A stretch of 64,000 bases of DNA from Terriglobia bacterium. GTDB taxonomy: Bacteria > Acidobacteriota > Terriglobia > 20CM-2-55-15. Positions within the stretch are counted from its first letter, which is position 1, and each line of letters begins with the position of its first letter. The position numbers were made by a program, and so were the translations under genes. Location of the stretch: NCBI GenBank assembly GCA_965262675.1, contig OZ253554.1, positions 2,132,640-2,196,639 on the forward strand, given 5' to 3'. Positions 29,541-38,715 of the stretch are shown here, one piece after another. The notes below the pieces were generated by a model, which was given only the letters and a program-made list of their open reading frames with translations, was not told where the DNA came from and did not search any database.

Positions 29541-32057
29541 ATGCCCGACCCTCCCATACAGGTGGACTACAACCACGATTTGACATTGCTTGAAGACGCG
29601 CTGTTCGCCGTCGACAGGCCGGGCGACTACTACGTCGCGGAACGGCTCGAACTACCGCCGCCGACCGTGAAAGTCGACGGGATCGGCACTCTGTCGTTTC
29701 CCGTGCCGGCGTTCCAGGTGGATCGGTTGATCGAGCGCGCCACCCGCGCACCTTACGGGCGGGGCGAGGAGACAATCATCGACACGACCGTGCGTCAGGT
29801 TTGGCAGATTTCGGCCGACAAGGTGTCGGTTGGCGGGAAGTTCTGGGAGCGATCGTTCGAGACGATTCTTGGGTCCGTCGCCGGCGGTCTGGGATGCGAG
29901 CGAGCGCAGGTTTCCGCCGACCTGTACAAACTCCTGGTATACGAACCCGGAGGATTCTTCAAACCGCACCGGGACACGGAAAAGTCCGAAGGGATGTTCG
30001 GCACGCTCGTTCTTGTGCTGCCCTCCGAACACAGCGGTGGAGAATTGGTGATTCGTCACGGAAACCGCGAGGCCAGAGTGGATCTGAGTGGGTCGGATCT
30101 GGGGGAACTGGCGATTGCCGCATTGTATGCGGATTGCGAGCACCAAGTGTTACCGCTCACCTCGGGTCATCGGATCTGTCTCGTCTACAACTTGGTCCAG
30201 CCCTCCGTTCGAGGGCAGAACAGGCTGCCGGAGGCGCCCTTGTACGAGTCGGAGTCGTCTCGTGCGGCGGCGGCGCTTGAAAAAGCCCTGGCGGCAAAAG
30301 ATGGACCCTTGAAGATCGTCTGGCTCCTGGAACACCAATACACCCCGGCGGGGCTTTCGTTCGTTGCGCTGAAGAATGCCGACGCCGCCCGAACGAAAGT
30401 TCTGACCCAGGCGGCGTCGCGCGCGGGATGCGTCGCGCACCTCGGCATCGTGCATATCGAGGAATTCGGAATAGCGCTGCCGATCTATGACCCCGATGCC
30501 GACCGTGGATATGCGAGATACGGCGGCGACTACTATGACGACAATGACGACGAAGAGTATTCCGGCGAAGACGAAGATGACGCCGAGGATTTCGAGGTTG
30601 TGGAAGTAACCGATGGCAAGCAATTCGTTGACGAATGGATCGATTCGGAGAACCGCAGTGTGTCATTCGGGCCAATTCCTCTAAAGGCTGGAGAAATCGT
30701 TCCGGCCGGAGCCCTGGATGAAGAACCCGCCGACCGGCAACGCGTGACGGAGGCGACCGGGAACGAAGGCGCCAGTTTCGAGCGTTCCTACCGGCGTGGG
30801 GCGGTCGTCATATGGCATCGCCGCAGATATCCCGATGTGCTGTTGCAAGCCGGTGTCGGCGCGGCGGTCCCGTATTTGACGGAACAGGTGGCCGCCTGCG
30901 AAGCCGAACCGGCAAACGCCCCGCTCAGGCGCGAGACGTTGGCTGTCGTCGGGCGAATGATCGACCGCTGGCAATCCGAACTCGAAGCGCACGGCTGGCG
31001 GCGGGGTTACGGACTCAAGTCCGCGGCCAACCCTTCAGAAATGCTCGATCTTCTCATCCGTCTGGGAGACGCACGATCGATCGAGAGTTTCGTCGGCCGC
31101 ATCGTCAACGAAGCTTACGATGGCGGCGAAAACGCGGCTCTGACCTCGGCGATGGCCATGCTGACCCCGTCGCGGGCCAGCGATCTGTTGTCGGGCGTCG
31201 TGACGAAGAAAATGCGCGGGTTGCACATTCCGTGTATCGATCTATTGAGCCATCTCGTTCGTTTCCATGACGCCGGCGGGCTAACGCCGGCCGCTCGATG
31301 GAAGACGGCTCTGGTTGAGGTCGCCGAGTGCCTGGTCGATGGACTCCGGGACGTCGCGCGGCCCTTGCCAACGCCTGATTTCTACGGATACGAGGAAGGC
31401 GTATGGGCTCAACCGAAGATGAAGCCGCCCGTGCGGTCCAGTCCGGATCCGGACATGGCTCTGGCGGATCTGCTGGGCTCGCTCCGTCGCTTGGAGCCTG
31501 AACTGGCCGGTCGAGCCGCGTCGATTGTCGCCGAGAGCATCGATGCATTCGATCCGGTCAAGGTTGTAGTCCCGGCCCTGGTTCTGTTGGTCGAGCGGGA
31601 GGGCGTGCGAGCGAGTCGCGGCGCGGGTTTCTCCGGCTTGTGGCGGCATGCCGCCCGGTTTCTTCTGGATCGCAGTGAACAACCGCCGGAACGACCCAAG
31701 GACTGGCGGCAAGACGTGACAGTGGGCTGCTCCTGTCCCGATTGCCGTGAGCTCAAAAGGTTTGCCCGCGACCCCGAGGAGCGGATACATCGCTTCGCGG
31801 TCCGCAAGGATCGCCGCCGTCACTTACACGATGCGATCAAGCAGGGGGACTTCGACATGACGCACGTCACCGAGCATAAAGGGTCGCCCCACACGCTGGT
31901 GTGTACCAAGACTCGTCGCGGATTCGAACGACGGCTAGCCCAGTATCGGAACGACCTTGCGGCAATGGCGGCGCTCGTCGGGATGCCTCCCCACGATGTC
32001 GAGCCGGTCAGCGTGAAACTGGCGGCCGCTTTGGATCGCGGCGAGCGATATGAATAA
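29541..32057 (+). CDS. large (~838 aa) fusion protein: N-terminal 2OG-Fe(II) oxygenase (P4H-like) domain + long helical C-terminal region of unknown function
   Basis: HxD...H...R triad: KPHRDTEK ... CEHQVLPLTSGHRICLVYNL. Acidic low-complexity stretch DYYDDNDDEEYSGEDEDDAEDFEVVE. C-terminal Cys cluster GCSCPDC. Preferred start MPDPPIQVDYNHD at 29541 inside ORF 29496..32057. Confidence 0.6.
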   Translation: MPDPPIQVDYNHDLTLLEDALFAVDRPGDYYVAERLELPPPTVKVDGIGTLSFPVPAFQVDRLIERATRAPYGRGEETIIDTTVRQVWQISADKVSVGGKFWERSFETILGSVAGGLGCERAQVSADLYKLLVYEPGGFFKPHRDTEKSEGMFGTLVLVLPSEHSGGELVIRHGNREARVDLSGSDLGELAIAALYADCEHQVLPLTSGHRICLVYNLVQPSVRGQNRLPEAPLYESESSRAAAALEKALAAKDGPLKIVWLLEHQYTPAGLSFVALKNADAARTKVLTQAASRAGCVAHLGIVHIEEFGIALPIYDPDADRGYARYGGDYYDDNDDEEYSGEDEDDAEDFEVVEVTDGKQFVDEWIDSENRSVSFGPIPLKAGEIVPAGALDEEPADRQRVTEATGNEGASFERSYRRGAVVIWHRRRYPDVLLQAGVGAAVPYLTEQVAACEAEPANAPLRRETLAVVGRMIDRWQSELEAHGWRRGYGLKSAANPSEMLDLLIRLGDARSIESFVGRIVNEAYDGGENAALTSAMAMLTPSRASDLLSGVVTKKMRGLHIPCIDLLSHLVRFHDAGGLTPAARWKTALVEVAECLVDGLRDVARPLPTPDFYGYEEGVWAQPKMKPPVRSSPDPDMALADLLGSLRRLEPELAGRAASIVAESIDAFDPVKVVVPALVLLVEREGVRASRGAGFSGLWRHAARFLLDRSEQPPERPKDWRQDVTVGCSCPDCRELKRFARDPEERIHRFAVRKDRRRHLHDAIKQGDFDMTHVTEHKGSPHTLVCTKTRRGFERRLAQYRNDLAAMAALVGMPPHDVEPVSVKLAAALDRGERYE

Positions 32058-32082
32058 CGCGATTCGACAGATTTAAAGTGAA

Positions 32083-32313
32083 ATGAGTTACCGGGACATA
32101 ATCACGATCGAAGCCGGCAAGCGCGGGGGAAAGCCCTGCATTCGCGGCCTTCGCATCACGGTGTACGACGTTCTCGACTACCTCGCTTCCGGGATGACCG
32201 AGTCAGAGATTCTTTCGGATTTTCCGGATCTCAATGCAGATGATATCCGTGCCTGCCTGCAATTCGCGGCAGACCGCGAGCGCAAGCTCGGCTCGCTTCC
32301 TCCCGGAGAATAG
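32083..32313 (+). CDS. DUF433 domain protein (antitoxin-like HTH)
   Basis: 76 aa, GKPCIRGLRITVYDVLDYLASGMTESEIL matches the conserved DUF433 core. The next gene starts 4 bp downstream. Confidence 0.7.
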   Translation: MSYRDIITIEAGKRGGKPCIRGLRITVYDVLDYLASGMTESEILSDFPDLNADDIRACLQFAADRERKLGSLPPGE

Positions 32314-32317
32314 CCTA

Positions 32318-33361
32318 ATGCTCTATAAGCTCTCTGATACCGGCCAAGGGCTTGGAAAACTTGAGCCTCTTTCCTTTTTAGAGGTTGCTGACCTGCAACG
32401 GACAGAGAAAGATCTCGAAAACCTTCTGGCTGATCATCTCTTGGATGTCCTATTTGAGGACGCAGCCCTCATGCCCATCTTTCAGGAACGTCAGCTTCAG
32501 GCTGAGGCCGATGTCTACGCTCTCAATAGGGCGGGGGAATTGGTAATCTTCGAGTTGAAACGTGGGGTGGCTTATGATGACGCCGTTCTGCAAGCCATTC
32601 GATACGCACAAGATGCAGGTCAGTGGCTCTACCCGGAATTACAACGCCGTTACGACATCTACCTGCAGAAGAAACGTATGTCAACTACAGATCTGCGGGA
32701 AGCACACAGGGAGGCCTTTCAACTTGAGAGTGCCCTTTCAGTATCCGATTTTAACTCTCGTCAGCACCTTTACATCGTGGGCAGCGCCGCGAATGAAGGC
32801 CTGATTGGTGCAATCGACTACTGGAAGACACAAGGTCTGTCTGTTCAGTTTCTCCCTTATCGGATCTATGAAATCCAAGGCCAACGGTATTTCGAGTTCT
32901 TCTCGTTTCCCTATGACCGTCATCGAAACCCAGCGACTATCAAGGGCGTGCTCTTTGATACAAACCGATCTTACGACGAAGATGCCATCTGGGAAATGAT
33001 GGAGAAAGCACGAGTGGCCGCATACGGTGATATCAAGCACGTGGTCGAGTATCTCAACTCAAGAGACATCGTATTCTATTGCCACAGGGGGGTTGGAGTC
33101 ATCGCTGCTGCAGAGGTAACTGGACCGCCAAGGACCGATGACGACAACGACGAAGAGTATCGCGATGTTAGATTTCTGACTCCGGTTCCGAGCCGTGACA
33201 AAGGCATCCAACAAGCGGGAGCAATGACGGCAGCGCAAGTGTCACAGGTAACAGGAAGGACTTTTTTCTGGGCGCGGACGATTAAAGTCCCTTACCTCGA
33301 TCCGAAAGAGACTCAGAAACTACTCGATGAGCTAAAACGTTTCCTTGCCAACCACACCTAA
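32318..33361 (+). CDS. putative nuclease: N-terminal PD-(D/E)xK restriction-endonuclease-like core + C-terminal EVE/PUA-like domain
   Basis: D...ELK motif in ADVYALNRAGELVIFELKRG. C-terminal NSRDIVFYCHRGVGVIAAAEVTGPP resembles the EVE consensus GD-V-FYHS....GIVGIAEV. GC content is visibly lower than the flanks. Confidence 0.5.
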   Translation: MLYKLSDTGQGLGKLEPLSFLEVADLQRTEKDLENLLADHLLDVLFEDAALMPIFQERQLQAEADVYALNRAGELVIFELKRGVAYDDAVLQAIRYAQDAGQWLYPELQRRYDIYLQKKRMSTTDLREAHREAFQLESALSVSDFNSRQHLYIVGSAANEGLIGAIDYWKTQGLSVQFLPYRIYEIQGQRYFEFFSFPYDRHRNPATIKGVLFDTNRSYDEDAIWEMMEKARVAAYGDIKHVVEYLNSRDIVFYCHRGVGVIAAAEVTGPPRTDDDNDEEYRDVRFLTPVPSRDKGIQQAGAMTAAQVSQVTGRTFFWARTIKVPYLDPKETQKLLDELKRFLANHT

Positions 33362-33640
33362 CCGCTGCAGGCGGCGGGTGGCGGCACAGTGTTTTGGTAG
33401 CTCCGGAGTCTCCGGGGTGAACTTTAAGCCACGGTCCGCAGCAACGGGACAGATGGAATCATTGAAAAGGGGATTATCCAGCAAACTAGCCAGCGGCCTT
33501 CGGCTTTCGCGGGCGCTTGACGATGCGCTTGGACGGGTCGGAAGGCTTGGCAGCCTTGAAAATCGCCTTGGCGATCTGTTGGGCCGTGGCGTGAATTTCA
33601 ATCAGGCGCTTGATCGGACGGCCTCGTTTCGGTTTTTCGT

Positions 33641-34246
33641 TCATATCGTCTCTCCCTTCGCTCTGTGCACCCCTATCGCCGTGAGAATAGCATCGGCACT
33701 GTCTACGCTGTCCTGATAGTGTGCTGCCCATGGGCGTCCGGGATGCAGCGTGTCCCAACGTGATCGTCGCTGATTGCGCCGTGTCCCTTGGTCATGGTTC
33801 CCGAAGCCGTCCACCACGACATTCCATATCGGGCGGTATTTTGAGATCAGAACTTGCTCTGTCAATCCGATCCACACCGGATCGAGAATGAGCCACCGGC
33901 AACGGAAGTGGGCCAGGTCCAGGTTATGCGCGTTTTTTATCGAGTCGGCGTGTTGCGACAGGCGACGATGCAAGACCGGGGCAGGCCGCCGCGAGACGGC
34001 TTGCCCTTGTCGCTTACCCGGGAGATCCGCCTTGCCGACGTAGATCGGGTCATCTTCGCCCATGTTGGCGTAGGCCGCGAAAGTACCGCCATAGTGGATT
34101 GTGTACACGCCGGCACCGTTGAACGCCTCGTCCGGCGGCAGATCGCATGGCGGATAGGTCATGAGCGCCCGCGCCGCGTTGCGGCCCAGTTCATCCACGC
34201 TAAGCGGGTTGTATTCTCGCCGGTGGTCATCGCCTAACGCTCGCAT
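33641..34246 (-). CDS. GIY-YIG restriction endonuclease, Eco29kI-like
   Basis: GVYTIHY ... IYVGKA (GIY...YIG with insertion) followed by a conserved R/E/N region (RLSQHADSI...NHDQG). Its start is overlapped by 13 bp of the upstream methyltransferase gene. Confidence 0.55.
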   Translation of the reverse strand: MRALGDDHRREYNPLSVDELGRNAARALMTYPPCDLPPDEAFNGAGVYTIHYGGTFAAYANMGEDDPIYVGKADLPGKRQGQAVSRRPAPVLHRRLSQHADSIKNAHNLDLAHFRCRWLILDPVWIGLTEQVLISKYRPIWNVVVDGFGNHDQGTRRNQRRSRWDTLHPGRPWAAHYQDSVDSADAILTAIGVHRAKGETI

Positions 34247-34893
34247 CGGTTACCGTTGCGGCAGACAATCCAGAAGCAATGCCGTTTTCTGGCATGGTGA
34301 GCATTTTTCCACTTCGTTGAAATCATCGGTCCGTTTCGCACCTTCACGATCAAATCACAGACAACGAATCCGGCATCCTCGGCCATCCTCATGAAGTCGC
34401 AATGCGCCCACTGCGACCGATGACAGTTCACCATGTCCGTAATCTTGGCAAGCAAGATGCCGTCCGTTTTCAGGACGCGCCGTGCCTGTTCGAGAAACGG
34501 TGGATATAGATAGCTCAGATTCCACCCATGCTCCTTGCCGCATGCAACCGTAGCTCCGAAATCCACATCGAACCGCTTCGCGCTCTTGTCCCTGCCTTGC
34601 GGCCCGACGTGCGGAGGATCATAAACCACCACTGCGAATGAATCCGCATCTACTCCGGGCATCTCGCGGTTATCCGCAAGGATATCCGGCGTATGACGCG
34701 GGTCGATGTCCATCGACACCACACGGCGCTCGGAACCGCTCCAAAACCGGCCTGAATTGTATGTCGCGTCCAGAATAGGGTCTGGCGGAATCACTGCGTA
34801 GAAACGCAGCATTTCTTCGATTAGATCGGGGTCCCGTCCGTCCCATACGCTGCTTATGGGATCGTAGGTGTCAGTCTGTAAAACCGTGCTCAT
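34234..34893 (-). CDS. small DNA methyltransferase (motif I-like ILDATYNSG, motif IV DPPH); partner of the Eco29kI-like REase
   Basis: FxGxG-like and VVVYDPPH motifs in N6A/N4C order. The likely ATG at 34893 overlaps the IS1595 transposase stop (ATGA). The longer ORF 34234..35076 runs into the IS. Confidence 0.55.
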   Translation of the reverse strand: MSTVLQTDTYDPISSVWDGRDPDLIEEMLRFYAVIPPDPILDATYNSGRFWSGSERRVVSMDIDPRHTPDILADNREMPGVDADSFAVVVYDPPHVGPQGRDKSAKRFDVDFGATVACGKEHGWNLSYLYPPFLEQARRVLKTDGILLAKITDMVNCHRSQWAHCDFMRMAEDAGFVVCDLIVKVRNGPMISTKWKNAHHARKRHCFWIVCRNGNRCER

Positions 34894-35831
34894 GCGACCA
34901 GATCCCGGTATCGCAACCGTTTCTGATCGAACCCACGGACGATTCTGGACATTTGCGCCAGCGTGTCGAGGCTGCGAATGTTCTGACGGCCTGCAAACTC
35001 GCTGACATAGCGTTGAAGGTGCTTGGCACTCAATTTGTGGAACGTTCCCTTGTGCGCACGTTTCAGCATGCTCCAAAAACTCTCGATCCCGTTCGTGTGC
35101 GCCATATCCCGGACGTATTCTCCAACGGAGTGTTTCACGGATTCATGCGACTTGGCAACGCCGTGGTAGGCGGTCGCTTCGTCGGTGTAGACCGTGGCTT
35201 CCGGGTCAGCGTTCTCCCGGACGAAACCCTGAAGCGTTTCGGCGTCCGTCTTCTCGACAACCTTCGCGCGGACTTGCTTCGTTCCCCGATCCTTCACACC
35301 CACAACAGCCGATTTGCCAACCCCGCCGCGTCCGGCCTTGAGCTTCTTGGATTCATGCTTGTTCTTTTCCAACCCGCCGATGTAGACCTCATCGGCTTCA
35401 ACGGGTCCGGCCATCAGTTCCGTACCGTCAACGAATCCTTCACGGATACGCTGGGCGAGATACCACGCGCTAGACTGCCTGATCTTCAAATCGCGGTGCA
35501 GCTTCATGCTGGACACGCTCTTGAGGCTCGTTGCAACGAGGTAGATCGCTATCGCCCATTCCTGATATCCGAGCTTGCTGGACTGCATGACCGTGCCCTT
35601 GCGGACGCTGAAGTGCTTCCGGCAATCCTTGCAGCGGTACGGCATTGGCTTGCGGTTTTTGCATGCCGAGTATCGAACCGATCCGCAGTCCGGGCAGGCG
35701 ATGCCGCTGTCCCACCGTTGCGCCTCGAACCACTGTTCGGCCTTCTCATCGTTGGGGAATATACGAAAGAGTTCGGTCAGGCTTAAGCCTTCCCTGTCGG
35801 TGCGTCCGGGTCCTGAATTATTCTCTGTCAT
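34890..35831 (-). CDS. IS1595-family transposase
   Basis: N-terminal zinc ribbon CPDCGSVRYSACKNRKPMPYRCKDCRKHFS and a DDE core typical of the IS1595/ISXO2 family. Confidence 0.85.
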   Translation of the reverse strand: MTENNSGPGRTDREGLSLTELFRIFPNDEKAEQWFEAQRWDSGIACPDCGSVRYSACKNRKPMPYRCKDCRKHFSVRKGTVMQSSKLGYQEWAIAIYLVATSLKSVSSMKLHRDLKIRQSSAWYLAQRIREGFVDGTELMAGPVEADEVYIGGLEKNKHESKKLKAGRGGVGKSAVVGVKDRGTKQVRAKVVEKTDAETLQGFVRENADPEATVYTDEATAYHGVAKSHESVKHSVGEYVRDMAHTNGIESFWSMLKRAHKGTFHKLSAKHLQRYVSEFAGRQNIRSLDTLAQMSRIVRGFDQKRLRYRDLVA

Positions 35832-35849
35832 GGATAGTATTGTAGTATA

Positions 35850-35878
35850 AAAGCCGGACAGTTCAGGTCCGGCTTTGG
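35850..35878. terminator. perfect GC hairpin aaaGCCGGACagttcagGTCCGGCttt at the IS1595 outer end (bidirectional-terminator-like or IS terminal structure)
   Basis: 7-bp perfect stem and 7-nt loop with A-run and T-run flanks, read directly from the sequence. Confidence 0.4.
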
Positions 35879-35979
35879 CTAGTTAGTGTCTGCCCGAAAA
35901 ACTCATAACTGATTGATAATGCAGTACATATAGTGGAATTCGAGTGGTGAAGATCGTTCAGATGTCGTATTATTGGGGG

Positions 35980-37740
35980 TGAAATCATGGATTTTGACCC
36001 CTGAATGGAGAATCTTCGCGAGGCAGGGACACGATGAGAGAAGTTCAGAGACGGCAGTTCCATCTGGGTCAGGCGGCGATCGGGCAGATCTGGATCGACC
36101 CGAAGTCGCGGGACGACATTCCGGCGGTATTGAAGGGGCTGCAGCACATCTGGGGCGAGGAGGCGTTGCGCGCCCGGCTGTTTGCGCTGCTGGATGAGCA
36201 TATTCTGCCGGAGGCCGACCGCACGGTCGGGCGTCCGGGGATGGAATTGTGGCAGATCCTGGTGCTGGGGGTTCTGAAGCAGGGTCTGGGGTGCGACTTC
36301 GACCGCCTTCACGACCTGGCGAACCATCACGCGACGATACGCGCGTTCCTGGGTCACGGCGATTTCGTCGACCAGACGCGCTACGAGTACCAGACGGTGG
36401 TCGACAACGTGTCGTTGTTGACGCCGGAGTTGTTGACGGCGGTCGGACAACTGGTGGTGGAGAGTGGCCACAAGGTGGCCCGAAAAAAGCTTGGCGAGCC
36501 ATTGCGCGGGCGGTGTGACTCGTTCGTGGTCGAAACGGACGTGCATTACCCGACGGATGTCAGCCTGTTGTGGGACGCGATGCGGTGCGTGCTACGGGAG
36601 ACTGGGGAGGCGGCCGGGCAACACGCCGTGGGCGGATGGCGTCAGTGGCGGCATCTATCCAGGAAGGTCAGGAAGCTGTTCAACACGGTGCGCTCGACCC
36701 GGCGGGCGAAGCGGCGTCCGGAGCGGGTGGAGGCGTACCTGGAGCGCTGCCGCGCACTGGTCGCCCGGACCGCGGAGACCCTCGACCAACTGCGGGACAA
36801 CGGAGTCGAGGAAACCACCTGTCAATCAATCGAAGGCTTGATCGCTCATGCCCGGCGCCAAATCGGCCAGGTTGAACGCCGGCTCCTGCGAGGCGAGACG
36901 ATTCCTCACGCGGAGAAGGTTTTCTCGATCTTCCAGGAGCACACGCGCTGGATTTCGAAGGGCAAGGCGGGCACGCCGGTGGAACTGGGAGTGCCGGTCG
37001 CTCTCATCGAGGACCAGCATCAATTCATCCTGCACCACCGGATCCTGTGGGAGGGCGAGGACGTGGACGTGGCGGCGCCGATGGTCCGGGAAACCCAGGC
37101 GCGGTATCCCGATCTGCGGGCGTGCAGCTTCGACCGGGGCTTTCACAGTCCTGAAAACCGGATCCATCTCGACGCGCTCCTCGACCTCAACGCGCTGCCG
37201 GGAAAGGGGTATCGGTCCCGAGTCGACCGGGAACGCGAAGCGGAGGAATCCTTCGCCGCCGCGCGGCGCGCGCATCCTGCGATTGAATCGGCCATCAATG
37301 GATTGGAGCATCGAGGGCTCAACCGTGTCCGCACTCACGGCGCCGACGGCTTCGCCCGCGCCGTCGCCCTGTCGGTACTGGCCGCCAACCTGCATCGCAT
37401 CGGATCGATCCTGCAGAAGCGCCAGCGCAAACGACCACGCGTCGCCTGACCCACCGGTCCTCCCGGAACATGCCCGATTCGGGGCCGTCGCAAGACGGCA
37501 AGCCGCCCCATGCCCGGACGCCCGAATTTTGGGCCGATTTCTTGCCGATCACTCCCCACGAGTCGTCAACCGCTCCCGTTGCGGTTCGATTTATAGTGAA
37601 TGAACGTCGCTCGTTCCCCCGTCGCTCCCGAATCGACATCCGCGAGAGGGGTTTTCTGGCGGACACTAGCTACAGTGAGCCAAGGACAGTTGGTCAAGGG
37701 CCATTGCTGGCACCGGAACTGGGCGGACACTGTGAAGCGG
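35980..37740 (+). mobile_element. IS4/IS1380-like insertion sequence adjacent to the IS1595 element (boundaries approximate)
   Basis: The sequence becomes visibly AT-richer at ~37740, marking the junction with the truncated downstream gene. Confidence 0.45.
36034..37449 (+). CDS. DDE transposase (IS4/IS1380-like)
   Basis: 471 aa with a DDE_Tnp_1-like core (VVETDVHYPTD...). Lies in the same low-GC-end context as the IS1595 element. Confidence 0.7.
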   Translation: MREVQRRQFHLGQAAIGQIWIDPKSRDDIPAVLKGLQHIWGEEALRARLFALLDEHILPEADRTVGRPGMELWQILVLGVLKQGLGCDFDRLHDLANHHATIRAFLGHGDFVDQTRYEYQTVVDNVSLLTPELLTAVGQLVVESGHKVARKKLGEPLRGRCDSFVVETDVHYPTDVSLLWDAMRCVLRETGEAAGQHAVGGWRQWRHLSRKVRKLFNTVRSTRRAKRRPERVEAYLERCRALVARTAETLDQLRDNGVEETTCQSIEGLIAHARRQIGQVERRLLRGETIPHAEKVFSIFQEHTRWISKGKAGTPVELGVPVALIEDQHQFILHHRILWEGEDVDVAAPMVRETQARYPDLRACSFDRGFHSPENRIHLDALLDLNALPGKGYRSRVDREREAEESFAAARRAHPAIESAINGLEHRGLNRVRTHGADGFARAVALSVLAANLHRIGSILQKRQRKRPRVA

Positions 37741-38601
37741 GGTTTTCGTTTTTTGAACTTCTGTTTTGAGACAGTTGAGGATTTCGCTGAGGAGCAATGG
37801 AAACGAGGTAGCGGTGCGGGCGGATTTGTCGCCACGAATGCAAGCTTGGCGGCGCTAATAATCGTTATTGATGAGATTTTGTCACACTTGGTCGCGACGG
37901 GAGAACTAAGGCGGAGTGGTCGGACGGACGACGAACTTCGCGACGCCGTACGACCGTATCTGGCGTATATTGGTCACTTTGTTGCATCGCTCGATCACGC
38001 CGCAATCTCAAGAATGCGAAGCTTTGGCGGTGGCGGTGCAAAGATTCGGATCGCGCGGGAATATCAGAACGCGATTAACGATGAGGACGACGGCTTCAAT
38101 CCCGAAGGGTTTCAACAGTGGAAGAAGGAAAGTACGCTAGTTTTCAATGCGAAAGTGAAGCCACTTTGCGAGAAGCTAAACGGGGCTCTTCGTGATTACG
38201 TCAGGAAGAGGATGAAGGAAGTTCACGGTGAGAAGAAATGGATTGAGTCCCTTCCTACGGAGGTCGCAACCAAGACGTTTGAAAGGAGGGCTCTGGAGGG
38301 CTACAAGGAGTCTCAGGAGAACTATATTGATCTCGCTGATTACGAGAAGATTATCGACAAGAACAGCGGCGAGGTGTTTGACATAGCGGTCTTCACAACT
38401 CCGGGTTTCAAGGGGGGAAGTAACAAGAAGAAGTTGTCCTGGTTCGCACCGCTGATTCGAGTCCGGAACAAGACCGCCCATCCTGAGCGTGATCCAGTCA
38501 CTGAGGAGGAGTATGAGACCATTCGGATCCTTCATGATTGGCTGGCACCCCGTTTGGGTTCGTCTGACGTATCCCAGAAATCAGGACTGACTCAAGGGTG
38601 A
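37600..38601 (+). pseudogene. 5'-truncated gene for a HEPN-domain (Swt1-like RNxxxH) protein, disrupted by the IS insertion
   Basis: Only the part from ~37740 onward is AT-richer native sequence. C-terminal SWFAPLIRVRNKTAHPE carries an Rx4-6H HEPN motif. The upstream 140 nt of the ORF is IS-derived. Confidence 0.45.
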
Positions 38602-38715
38602 GGCATTTGACGAATTGACCCTCCCGTCGAAATTGGAACGTCGATAACCAGAAAGTCGGGGCTTCGACAACCGGAAGATCGACCGCGTCGAGTTGAGGAA
38701 ACGCGCGCTCGGTGG

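Larger units (their letters stand above)
34880..35880 (-). mobile_element. IS1595-family insertion sequence (boundaries approximate)
   Basis: A transposase gene flanked by AT-rich ends. An AT-rich junction at ~35832-36033 separates it from the next IS. Confidence 0.55.
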
